Positions 30,194 through 39,338 of a stretch of 64,000 nt of DNA are shown here, one piece after another. Positions within the stretch are counted from its first letter, which is position 1; each line of letters opens with the position of its first letter. This DNA comes from an uncultured Acidobacteriota bacterium (GTDB lineage: Bacteria > Acidobacteriota > Thermoanaerobaculia > Multivoradales > JAGPDF01): assembly GCA_963803995.1 (NCBI GenBank), contig CAWDOT010000004.1, positions 91,093 to 155,092 on the forward strand. The letters run 5' to 3'. The notes under the pieces were generated by a model. The model was not told the origin of the DNA. It worked only from the letters and a program-made list of their open reading frames with translations, and did no database searches. Made by a program: the position numbers and the translations under genes.

Positions 30194-31669
30194 TCAGCCG
30201 CCGCGCGCGGCGCGCGTCAGCAGGTCGTCGAGCTCGGCGTGGAAGCCGTCGACGATGCGCTCGGGATCGGGCACCAGACCGGCGTCCGTCCCGACGCCCA
30301 TCCGCACCATGCCGTCGTAGCTGAAGATCGAGACGCCGAGGCCCAGCCGCCCGGCCTGCGGCACCCAGAAGAAGATGTCGCGGATCGGGTGCCCGGCGAC
30401 CCAGAGCGTCTGGCGCGGTCCCGGAACGTTGGTGAAGACCGCCGTCGCCTTCGCCTGGAAGATCGACACGACCAGCCGGTGCGCCGCCAGGGGCAGGATG
30501 CCCATGGCGGTCAGGATGCCGTAGACCACCGCCGGCTCGGCCGAGCGCTTGAGCGCCCCGGCGCGCCGCCTGAGCTCGTGCAGGCGGGCGAGCGGATCGG
30601 TCATGCCGACCGGCAGGGAGAGGAAGATCAGGCCGAAGCGGTTGCCGAGCTCGGCCACCTCCTCGAGCGGGCGCAGGTTGACCGGCATCGCTGCTCGGAA
30701 CGCGAGACTCGTGGACGGCGTCCCGGAGCGCAGCAGGTAGCGGCGCAGGCCGCCGGTCATCGCGCTGTTGAGCACGTCGTTGAGCGTGCTGCCGAGCGAG
30801 CGGGCGGCGCCGCGCAGCGTTTCGAGCGGGACCCGGTCGGTCCACGCCACCCGCTTGTCGACCACCAGCTTGCCCTTGAACGGGGTCGACGGATCGTTCC
30901 AGCGGCCGACCAGCCGCCCGAGCGCCGCGGTGGCGCCGGCGCCCTTGAGCAGCGGGTGCACCCGCCGCATCGCCTCGATCGGCGCCAGCATCAGGCGCAG
31001 CGTCTCGGGCATCACCTCTTCGAGCGCCCGGCGCGTGGCGTCGAGCTCGGCGGCCGGACGCCGGAAGAGGTCGAGGAAGGGGTTGACCGTCAGCTCCGAG
31101 GCCGGCACGGCGGGGTCGATCGTGGCCGGCCCGTGCGGCGTGAGATCGGTCATCGCCAGCAGGACCATCATCAGCGCCACGCCGTCGCCGATCGTGTGGT
31201 GCAGGCGCCCGAAGATCGCGGTGTCGCTCCCCCGGTAGCCGCGCAGGAGGCGGAACTCCCAGAGCGGGTGGGCGCGGTCGAAGGGTCGGCCGAGGTGCTC
31301 CGCGATCTTGTCGGCGAGGTCGGCGTCGCTGCCCGGCCCGTCGAGCGTCTCTTCGGTCACGTGGCGGGCGAGATCGAAGTCGGCGTCGTCGACCCAGACC
31401 ATCCGCCCGCCGTCGTCGCCGATGCGCTGCCGGAACCTGGGGATCCCGCCCAGGCGCCCGCCGAGCAGGTTCGCGACGGCGTCGAACGGCGGCGAGCCCT
31501 CGAGCACCAGCACGCCGTGGATGTGCATCAGGTTCGACGGCTCGTCCATGCGCAGCCAGGCGACGTCGACCGAGGAGAGCGGCGTGCCGCGCTCCCCGGG
31601 CCGGAGCGGCAGCGGTCGGCCGATCGTCGGCGCGCTCGCGCGCGCGGGAACAGGCTGGGGCGTGCTCAT
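30194..31669 (-). CDS. Wax ester synthase / diacylglycerol acyltransferase (WS/DGAT)
   Basis: Catalytic HHxxxDG motif in context (GRLHHTIGDGVALMMVL). The overall length of 491 aa is typical of the family. Confidence 0.8.
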   Translation of the reverse strand: MSTPQPVPARASAPTIGRPLPLRPGERGTPLSSVDVAWLRMDEPSNLMHIHGVLVLEGSPPFDAVANLLGGRLGGIPRFRQRIGDDGGRMVWVDDADFDLARHVTEETLDGPGSDADLADKIAEHLGRPFDRAHPLWEFRLLRGYRGSDTAIFGRLHHTIGDGVALMMVLLAMTDLTPHGPATIDPAVPASELTVNPFLDLFRRPAAELDATRRALEEVMPETLRLMLAPIEAMRRVHPLLKGAGATAALGRLVGRWNDPSTPFKGKLVVDKRVAWTDRVPLETLRGAARSLGSTLNDVLNSAMTGGLRRYLLRSGTPSTSLAFRAAMPVNLRPLEEVAELGNRFGLIFLSLPVGMTDPLARLHELRRRAGALKRSAEPAVVYGILTAMGILPLAAHRLVVSIFQAKATAVFTNVPGPRQTLWVAGHPIRDIFFWVPQAGRLGLGVSIFSYDGMVRMGVGTDAGLVPDPERIVDGFHAELDDLLTRAARGG

Positions 31670-31802
31670 CGAAGCGGGCGGAGTCTACCGCGCGAGGCGA
31701 TCGCTGGTCGGGACGGGGTCTGCCCGGAGGGTCGGCGAGACCGGCCCACCCCGCGGGGTGGCTGCACCAACCCGTTGGGACGTTTCGTAGCTTGTTCGCG
31801 AG

Positions 31803-31819
31803 CGGCACAATGTTTTGCA
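31803..31819 (+). promoter_or_regulatory. Sigma54-type promoter-like motif upstream of psrA-like gene (spacing one nt too long)
   Basis: CGGCACAATGTTTTGCA has GGCAC and TTGCA elements, but 11 instead of 10 nt lie between GG and GC (T4 run). It sits only about 13 nt before ATG 31832. Confidence 0.3.
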
Positions 31820-31831
31820 GGACACAACCTT

Positions 31832-34050
31832 ATGGCTATATTGTCACGCAGACGTTTCCTCCAGATCGGGGCCGGGGCGGCGGGAGCGGGCGCCGCGGCG
31901 GCCGTCGTCCCAGGCACTCCCGCGTGGGCCGACCTGTTCGGCCCGGCCCGGCCCGGGGACCGCATCGAGACGCATCCCCACCTACTGCGACCTCTGTTTC
32001 TGGAAGTGCGCGGCCATCGCGACGACGCGCAACGGCCAGCTCTGGAAGATCGAGGGCAACCCCGCCGACCCGCTCTCCCGCGGCCGCCTCTGCCCGCGCG
32101 GGACCGGCGGCGTCGGAGCGCACTACGACGGCGACCGCCTCCGGCGCCGCTCGTCCGGCGCAGGAACCGCGGGCGACGACGAGTGGGCCGAGGTCACCTG
32201 GGACGAGGCGCTCTCCCACATCGCCGAGAAGCTCGCAGAAGATCAAGGCCGAGCACGGCCCCGAGGCGCTCGCCTTCTTCAGCCACGGCATCGGCGGCAA
32301 CTTCCTCAAGCACACCTTCAAGGCCTACGGCACGCCCAACCTGGTCGCGCCCAGCTACGCGCAGTGCCGCGGGCCGCGCGACGTCGGCTTCCAGCTCACC
32401 TTCGGCGAGGACGTCTCGACCCCGGAGCGCACCGACATCCTGAACGCGCGCTGCCTGGTGCTGCTCGGCTCCCACCTCGGCGAGAACATGCACAACACGC
32501 CAGGTCCAGGAGTTCGCCGAGGCGGTCGGCTCGGGCGCCACGGTGATCGTCGCCGACCCGCGCTTCTCGGTCGCCGCCGCAAGGCGAAGCACTACCTGCC
32601 GGTCAAGCCGGGCACCGACGTCGCGCTGCTGCTCGCCTGGATGAACGTGCTGGTGACCGAGGGGCTCTACGACCGGGAGTTCGTCGCCGCCCACGGCTTC
32701 GGCTTCGAGGCCTTCGCCGCGGAGATCGCGGCCTGGACGCCGGAGTGGGCCTACCCGATCACCAGCATCGAGCCGGCGGCTCGATCCGCGAGACGGCGCG
32801 CGAGATGGCGCGCCACCGGCCGGCGACGCTGGTCCATCCCGGCCGCCACGTCACCTGGTACGGCGACGACGCCCAGCGCAGCCGCGCGGTGGCGCTGCTC
32901 AACGCGCTGCTCGGCAACTGGGGCCGGCGCGGCGGCTTCTTCTATCCCGTCGAGCGTCGACGGTGCCGAAGTACCCGTATCCGGCCTATCCGCACGGCGA
33001 GCGCGGTCCGGTCGACAATCCGGGCTCGAAGCTACCCGTTCGCCGACCTCGGCCTGACCAACGGCATCCGCGAGGCGACGATCACCGGCAAGCCCTATCC
33101 GATCAAGGGCTGGGTCGTCTACGCCACCAATCTGCTGCAGGCGCTGCCCATCGCAGGCGGAGACGCTCGCGCGCCATCCAGCAGCTCGACCTGCTCGTCG
33201 TCGTCGACGTCGTCCCGAGCGAGATCGCCGGCTGGGCCGACGTCGTGCTCCCGGAGTCGGTCTACCTCGAGCGCTACGACGACTTCAACACCGAGGCGTT
33301 CCGCGAGCCGTTCGTCTCGCTGCGCCAGCCGGTGGTCGAAGCGCCGGACGACCAGAAGCCGAACTGGTGGATCGCGCGCGAGCTGGCGCTGAAGCTCGGG
33401 CCTCGGCGCGTACTACCCCTGGACGACACATCGAGGAGTACCTCGACACGCGCCTGCAGAGGGCCGGCCTCTCGCTCGCCGAGCTGAAGGCGCAGGGCGT
33501 CTTCCTCGGGCCCAGCCAGCCGATCAACCTCGAGGAGGGCGCACGCCGTCGAGTTCCCGACCCCGTCGGGCAAGGTCGAGTTCTACTCGGCGCAGCTCGC
33601 AGAGAAGGGGTTCGACCCGGTGCCGCGCTACCGCGCGCACGCCGAGCCGCCGCCGGGCTACTTCCGCCTGCTCTTCGGCCGCGCGCCGGTGCACACCTTC
33701 TCGCGCACCCAGACCAACCCGCTGCTCGCCGACGCGATGGACGAGAACGAGGTCTGGGTCAACGCCGACGTGGCGCGGCGCTGGGGCCTCGAGAGCGGCG
33801 ACGCCGGTGCGCCTGGTCAACCAGGACGGCGTCGTCTCCGACCCGATCAAGGTCAAGGCCACCGAGCGCATCCGCACCGACTGCGTCTACATGGTGCACG
33901 GCTTCGGCCACACCGCGAAGGGGCTCGAAACGCACCTTCGGCAAGGGCGCCTCGCGACGCCCAGCTGGTCACCCGCTACGCGGTCGATCCGCTGATGGGC
34001 GGCACCGGCGATGAACGTCAACTTCGTCACCTTCCGAGGCGGAGGCCTGA
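31832..34050 (+). pseudogene. Tat-exported molybdopterin oxidoreductase catalytic subunit (polysulfide/thiosulfate/tetrathionate reductase PsrA-like); at least 16 frame switches as assembled
   Basis: Twin-arginine signal MAILSRRRFLQIGAGAAG. FeS-binding N-terminus TYCDLCFWKCAAIATTRNGQLWKIEGNPADPLSRGRLCPRG. Conserved blocks continue in alternating frames: [164 protein letters not shown]. The exact 3' end is unresolved. Confidence 0.75.
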
Positions 34051-34052
34051 CC

Positions 34053-34594
34053 ATGGCGCGCTTCGGCATGGTCATCGACACGACGCGCTGCGTCGGCTGC
34101 ATGGACTGCGTGGTCGCCTGCAAGACCGAGAACCAGGTCCCCGAGGGCTTCAACCGCGACTGGATCGCGACCGAGGTGCAGGGCAAGTTCCCGACCCTCT
34201 CGATGGAGATCCGCACCGAGCGCTGCAACCACTGCGACCGCCCGCCCTGCGTCGACTGCTGCCCGACCGGCGCCACCCACGTCGAGGAGCTCGGCGACGT
34301 GGTGCTGGTCGACCACGAGCAAGTGCATCGGCTGCAAGGCCTGCCTCGCCTCCTGCCCGTACGACGCCCGCTTCGTCCACCCGGACGGCTACGCCGACAA
34401 GTGCACCTTCTGCATCCACCGGGTGGAGAAGGGCCAGGAGCCCGCCTGCGTGTCGGTCTGTCCGACGCACTGCATGCACTTCGGCGATCTCGACGACCCG
34501 AACTCGCGAGGTCTCCCGGCTGCTCGCCTCGCGCCGCCACCACGCGCTGCTCCCCGAGGCCGGCACCACGCCGCGCATCTTCTACCTCACCTGA
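34053..34594 (+). pseudogene. 4Fe-4S ferredoxin-type electron-transfer subunit (PsrB/NrfC-like); 2 frame switches as assembled
   Basis: GGAGG before ATG 34053. [44 protein letters not shown], then (shifted) [17 protein letters not shown] and [29 protein letters not shown]. Confidence 0.8.
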
Positions 34595-34610
34595 GAGACG
34601 GTGCCCGACC

Positions 34611-35641
34611 GTGACCGAGCTCACCACCACCCGCGCGAACCACCTCGATCGATCCCGCGCTCCACGTCTGGGGCTGGGAGATCCCGGTCTACCTCTTCCT
34701 CGGCGGCCTGGTCGCCGGGATGATGGTCATCTCCGGCTACTTCCTCTTCTCCGGCCGCTGGCAGAACACCCGCTCGGCCTGCTTCGTGCTGCCGGGCCTC
34801 TCGCTCGCTGCTCCTCTCGCTGGGCATGCTCGCGCTCTTCCTCGACCTCGAGCACAAGCTCTTCGTCTGGCGGCTCTACACGACCTTCGAGCCGCTCTCG
34901 CCGATGTCGTGGGGCGCCTGGATCCTGCTGCTGGTCTATCCCGGCGCTCTCGCCAACCTGCTGCCTGCCGGGTGCCGCCGGCGCGTCGCCCGGCGCGTGC
35001 CGGCGCTCGAGCGACCTGTCCGACCGGCTCTCGGCCGATCCCGTCGCCCTGCGCTGGATCGGCGCGATGAACATGGTCTGGGGGGGCCTGCTCGGCATCT
35101 ACACCGGCGTGCTGCTCTCCTCGCTCGGCGCGCGACCGCTCTGGATCAGCGCGTTGCTCGGACCGCTCTTCCTGTTCTCCGGCCTCTCCGCGGCCGCCGC
35201 CTCTCGTCCATCTGATCGCGCCCGACCGTCAAGGAGCGCGAGCTGCTGGCCAAGGCCGACAACGGCTTCCTCCTGGTCGAGATCGGCTTCCTCGCGCTCT
35301 TCCTGGTCGGCCTGCTGACCGCCGGCGCCGCCCAGGCGAATGCGGCGGACCTGCTGATCGCCGGACCCTACGCGCCTTCTTCTGGGTCGTCGTGGTCGGT
35401 CTCGGCATCGTGGTGCCGCTTGGCGTCCAGCTCCTCGCCGTCGACGCACCGCGTCGCCCACACCCCGATCGCGCCGATCCTGGTGATCGCCGGCGGTCTC
35501 GCGCTCCGCTTCGTGATCGTCCAGGCGGGCCAGGCCAGCCACTGGACCCGGCTGAGCCCTCCCCGAGACCTCTGGAGGAACCACCGACATGTCGACCTCA
35601 CGCCCACGACCACCTCGCGCCGCACCGGCGCCGCTACATGA
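34611..35641 (+). pseudogene. NrfD/PsrC-type integral membrane quinol-interacting subunit; about 5 frame switches as assembled
   Basis: Hydrophobic helices are readable only by frame hopping: VWGWEIPVYLFLGGLVAGMMVISGYFLF, LGMLALFLDLEHKLFVWRLYTTFEPLSPMSWGAWILLLVYP, MNMVWGGLLGIYTGVLLSSLGARPLWISALLGPLFLFSGLSAAAA, THRVAHTPIAPILVIAGGLALRFVIVQAGQ. The position after psrAB supports the call. Confidence 0.65.
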
Positions 35642-36140
35642 ATCCCTATCTCGCCGGCATCGGCCTCGGCCTCGTGCTGCTCGCCGCCTTCGTGGTGATG
35701 GGCCGCGGCCTCGGAGCCTCCGGTGCCTTCGTCTTCGGCTTGCGCCGTCGCTCGTCGACACGGTGGCTCCGGCCCACGCCGAGAGCAACCCGTTCTGGAA
35801 GGAGTACCTCGAGGCCGGCGTCGGCCACCCGCTCAAGGAGTGGCTGGTCTTCGAGGTGCTCGGCGTGCTCGTCGGCGGCTTCCTCTCCGGGATGCTCGCC
35901 GGCCGCGTGCGCCGGATGCGTCGAGAAGGGCCCGCGCATCTCGACCCGCGGCCGCTTCGCCCTCGCCTTCGTCGGCGGGGCGCTCATGGGCGTCGGCGCC
36001 AAGCTCGCGCGCGGCTGCACCAGCGGCCAGGCGCTGACCGGCGGCGCGCTGCTCTCGGCCGGCGGCTGGGTCTTCATGATGCTGTGTCTTCGCCGGCGCC
36101 TACGGCGCGGCCTGGTTCGTTCGAAAGGCAGTGGCTATGA
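35638..36140 (+). pseudogene. YeeE/YedE-family sulfur-compound transporter half-protein 1; about 3 frame switches as assembled
   Basis: MNPYLAGIGLGLVLLAAFVVMGRGLGASGAF..., KEWLVFEVLGVLVGGFLSGMLAGR, FVGGALMGVGAKLARGCTSGQALTGGALLSAGGWVFMM (conserved Cys in the GCTSG context). ATGA overlaps at both ends. Confidence 0.65.
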
Positions 36141-36743
36141 ACGCCCCCTTCTTCAAGTTCGGCGTCTTCGGCGACGAGATGTCGCTCGTCGTCGCCTTCG
36201 TCATCGGCATCGGCTTCGGCTTCTTCCTCGAGCGGGCCGGCTTCGGCTCGCGCCAGGAAGCTCACCGCCCAGTTCTACTTCCGGACATGGCGGTCTTCCG
36301 CGTGATGTTCACCGCGATCGTCACCGCGATGCTCGGGCTCTTCTACCTCGGCTGGCTCGGCGTCGTCGACCTCTCGCTGGTCTACGTCTCGCCGACCTAC
36401 TCTGGCGCCGCAGGTCGTCGGCGGCCTGCTGCTCGGCGTCGGCTTCGTCGTCGGCGGCTACTGCCCGGGCACCTCGATGGTCGCGGTCGCCACCGGCAAG
36501 CTCGACGCCCTCGTCTTCGTGCTCGGCATCGTCTTCGGCATCTTCGCGATCGGCGAGGCCTGGCCGTCGATCGCTCGGCTTCGCGGAGTCGATCGACGCT
36601 CGGCCGCCTGACGCTGCCCGAGGTGCTCGGCCTGCCGTTCGGCCTCGTGGTCTTGCTGGTCGTGCTGATGGCGCTCGGCGGCTTCGGCGCGGCGGCTCGC
36701 TCGAGAAGAAGCTTCGGCGACCGCCGGCAGGGAGGACGCATGA
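36137..36743 (+). pseudogene. YeeE/YedE-family sulfur-compound transporter half-protein 2; about 4 frame switches as assembled
   Basis: MNAPFFKFGVFGDEMSLVVAFVIGIGFGFFLERAGFGS, FRDMAVFRVMFTAIVTAMLGLFYL, QVVGGLLLGVGFVVGGYCPGTSMVAVATGKLDALVFVLGIVFGIF (GYCPGTS motif). The end is inferred from the ATGA overlap with the next start. Confidence 0.6.
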
Positions 36744-37421
36744 ACGCGGCGGACTCTGGTCGGGCCGGCCGCTCCCGCAGCGCCTGGCGCTCTGCTCGGC
36801 GTCGCTCTCGGCGTCGGCGCCTTCGCTGATCGGCGACCCCACGACCCGCGGGCGCGTCACCCTCGACAGCGCGGAGCTCGCGGCGATCGTCGAAGGCGAG
36901 GTCGATCACGTGAGCCGGACGAGCTCGCCGACTGGCTCGATCGCCGGACGGCAGGACTTCCGGCTCGATCGACCTGCGCCACGAGGCCGACTTCGCGGCT
37001 TACCACATCCCCGGCGCGAGCGGCTCGCCATCACCGACCTCCCCGACGCGGAGCTCCCGCGCAACGAGAAGATCGTCCTCTACTCCGCGGAGGGGATCCA
37101 CTCGGCGCAGGCCTGGATGCTGTTCAAGGCGAAGCAGTACCCGGCGGTCTACATCCTGGTCGACGGGCTCAAGCAGCTGGAAGGAGCAGGTGCTCTACCC
37201 GGTCGCATCCCGCCGCGGCCGCCGCGCCGGCGGAGCGGATCGCCTTCGCGAAGGCCGCCGAGCGCGCCGCGCCACTTCGGCGGCACCCTCGCGCGGCCAC
37301 CGCGCCCGGCACGCGTCCGCGGCGCTCGCCCCGGTCGCGCCGCCCGTGGCGCAGGTGGTCGCCGCCCGTCGCGCCCGCAGGCGCGGCGCCGGCCGGCGAG
37401 AAGAAGAAGGAAGGCTGCTGA
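36740..37421 (+). pseudogene. Membrane-anchored rhodanese-domain sulfurtransferase-like protein with Ala/Pro-rich tail ending KKKEGC; at least 3 frame switches as assembled
   Basis: GGGAGGA before ATG 36740. Rhodanese-like blocks: ELAAIVEGEVDHV, FRL(I)DLRHEADFAAYHIPGA, EKIVLYSAEGIHSAQAWMLFKAKQYPAVYILVDGLKQW. The final readable frame ends AGEKKKEGC and stops at 37419-37421. Confidence 0.55.
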
Positions 37422-37439
37422 TTCCGTGGAGACCGGCCG

Positions 37440-38858
37440 ATGACCGAGACCCTGATCGAAGAAACCGTCGTCTCCCCCGGCGAAGCCGCCTGGATCGGCG
37501 TGTCCGCCGCGTTCGCGGCGTTCAGCCGCGTCTTCCTCTGCCTGGACCGGGGCTTCCGCGTCGTCCACGCCTCCTACGTCCTCGACGACCTGCTCGGGCC
37601 CGGCGCCGCCGCGGCCGTGGCCGGGCGGGCGGTCGACGATCTCGTCGCCGGCGGGCTCTTCGCCCCGGGCGGCGCTCTCCGGCTGGCGCTCGAGGCCGGC
37701 GAGCGGCGCGAAGGGTGGCGCGCGGTGCTGCGCGGGATCGATGGCGAGCCACGCCTGCTCGCGGTGTCGGCGGCGCCGATCTGCCCGCCGCCCGAGGCCG
37801 CCTGCGACCCGCGCGTCGCCTACGCCGTGATCCTCCGCCCCGCGGAAGAGGAGATCGCCGCCGCCGCCGCCGGCTCTCTGTCCCACGGCTGCATCGTCGC
37901 CCGCTCCCCCGCGATGCAGCGGATCTTCTCGCTGGTCGAGAACCTCCGCGAGAGCGACGCCACGGTCCTGTTGACCGGCGAGAGCGGAGTCGGCAAGGAA
38001 GTGATCGCGCGCGCGCTGCACGAGCGCTCGCCGCGGCGCAACGGCCCCTTCGTCGCCGTCAACTGCGGCGCGCTGCCCGGAGAGCTGCTGGAAAGCGAGA
38101 TGTTCGGCCACGCGCGCGGCTCGTTCACCGGCGCCGTACGCGACCGGCTCGGCCGCTTCGAGGTCGCCTCCGAGGGCACGCTCTTCCTCGACGAGGTCGG
38201 CGACCTGCCGCTGCCCCTGCAGGTCAAGCTGCTGAGGGTCCTGCAGGACGGCAGCTTCGAGCGGATCGGCGAGAACCGCTCCCGCCACAGCCGCGCGCGG
38301 GTGATCGCCGCCACGCACGTCGACCTCCAGCGCGCCGTGCGCGAGGGGCGGTTCCGCGAGGATCTCTTCTACCGCCTGCGCGTCGTGCCGATCGAGATCC
38401 CGCCGCTGCGCACGCGCGGCGAAGACGTCGAGCCGCTGGTGCGCTCGATCCTGGCGCGCGTCTCGGCGCGCCACGGGCGGACGCTGCGCCTGTCGCCGGA
38501 AGCGTTGCGCGATCTGCTCGCCCACGACTGGCCCGGCAACGTGAGAGAGCTCGAGAACGCGCTCGAGTACGCGGTCGCCATCTGCCGCGGCCAGACCATC
38601 CTGCCCGAGGACCTGCCCACGCTGGTGCCGCTCGGCGCCGCCGTGCGGCACGCGGCCCCCGCGGGCCCGCCCTCCGCCGTTCGCGAGTCCGGCGATCGCC
38701 CGCAGGACAGCGGAGTCCACCCGATCGTCGGCGAGACCGAATCGCTGCGCCGCGCGCTCGAGGACCACCGCTGGCGGCGCGGACCGGCGGCGCGGGCCCT
38801 GGGCATCAGCCGCACCACCCTCTGGCGCCGCATGCGCGAGCTCGGCCTCGTGACCTGA
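37440..38858 (+). CDS. Sigma54-dependent transcriptional activator (bacterial enhancer-binding protein) with non-receiver N-terminal sensor domain
   Basis: AAA+ sigma54-interaction module: GESGVGKE, ESEMFGHARGSFTGA, LFLDEVGDLPLPLQVKLLRVLQDGSFERIG, WPGNVRELEN. Fis-type HTH AARALGISRTTLWRRMRELG. 472 aa, uninterrupted. Confidence 0.85.
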   Translation: MTETLIEETVVSPGEAAWIGVSAAFAAFSRVFLCLDRGFRVVHASYVLDDLLGPGAAAAVAGRAVDDLVAGGLFAPGGALRLALEAGERREGWRAVLRGIDGEPRLLAVSAAPICPPPEAACDPRVAYAVILRPAEEEIAAAAAGSLSHGCIVARSPAMQRIFSLVENLRESDATVLLTGESGVGKEVIARALHERSPRRNGPFVAVNCGALPGELLESEMFGHARGSFTGAVRDRLGRFEVASEGTLFLDEVGDLPLPLQVKLLRVLQDGSFERIGENRSRHSRARVIAATHVDLQRAVREGRFREDLFYRLRVVPIEIPPLRTRGEDVEPLVRSILARVSARHGRTLRLSPEALRDLLAHDWPGNVRELENALEYAVAICRGQTILPEDLPTLVPLGAAVRHAAPAGPPSAVRESGDRPQDSGVHPIVGETESLRRALEDHRWRRGPAARALGISRTTLWRRMRELGLVT

Positions 38859-39103
38859 GAAGCGAAACAAGAAGAAGAAAGAGAAGCAAAGAAGCAAAAG
38901 CCCATAGAAGGGAAGCTGCTGGCGGCTGTTGCGGAGGCGGGTCGTTCGCCGGCGGCGGCAGCTGTTGCCGCGGCTGGCAGCTCTCGCGGAGGCGGGTTCT
39001 TCGGCGGCGGTGGTCACGGCGGCCGCGGCTGGAACCGGTCGTAGAGGTGGGTCTATGGGCGCCCGACCTGCCAGGCCCGGCCCGCCGCCCCTCCCTTCTA
39101 TGG
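38859..39103 (+). repeat. Polypurine-tract + long-range inverted-repeat intergenic element, copy 2 of 3
   Basis: A 42-nt purine-rich tract starts right after the activator stop. CCCATAGAAGGG lies at 38901-38912 and the complement CCCTTCTATGG at 39093-39103. The interior has a tandem ~55-nt duplication and a CCAGGCCCGGCCCGCC box. Confidence 0.8.
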
Positions 39104-39265
39104 AGCTGTTCGCCTCATCTACCACCAGCGGCCGGTCAGCTGGATGTATCCGATCGAAGGGGTGGCTTCCTTCCGAGCGAGCGTTTCAGGTCGTTTCAAC
39201 TCCGCTACCGGATGTTGCAGCGGATCGTTTCATCGGGCCCCCTGGCTGGCGTTTCGCGCGGTCGC

Positions 39266-39280
39266 TGGCTCTTGTTTGCA
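39266..39280 (+). promoter_or_regulatory. Sigma54-type promoter-like motif upstream of tusE-like operon (spacing one nt too short)
   Basis: TGGCTCTTGTTTGCA has TGGC and TTGCA elements, but 9 instead of 10 nt lie between GG and GC. It is about 60 nt before ATG 39339. A second weaker candidate, TGGCTGGCGTTTCGC, lies at 39243-39257 with correct spacing. Confidence 0.3.
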
Positions 39281-39338
39281 GCGTTTGCGGTGGAGGCACG
39301 GGTTCTGCGACAGGCGGCTCGCGGAGCGCGAGCCCGCC

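Noticed and set aside
31832-34050. Selenocysteine (in-frame TGA) or programmed frameshifting as the explanation for the broken molybdoenzyme frames.
   Set aside because: The breaks are frame changes at many unrelated positions, not single in-frame TGAs. At least 16 events in one gene cannot be programmed recoding.
38926-39010. Internal direct repeats in element copy 2, considered as a mini-CRISPR or tandem-repeat array.
   Set aside because: There are only two imperfect units with no spacer architecture, and no cas genes lie in the window.
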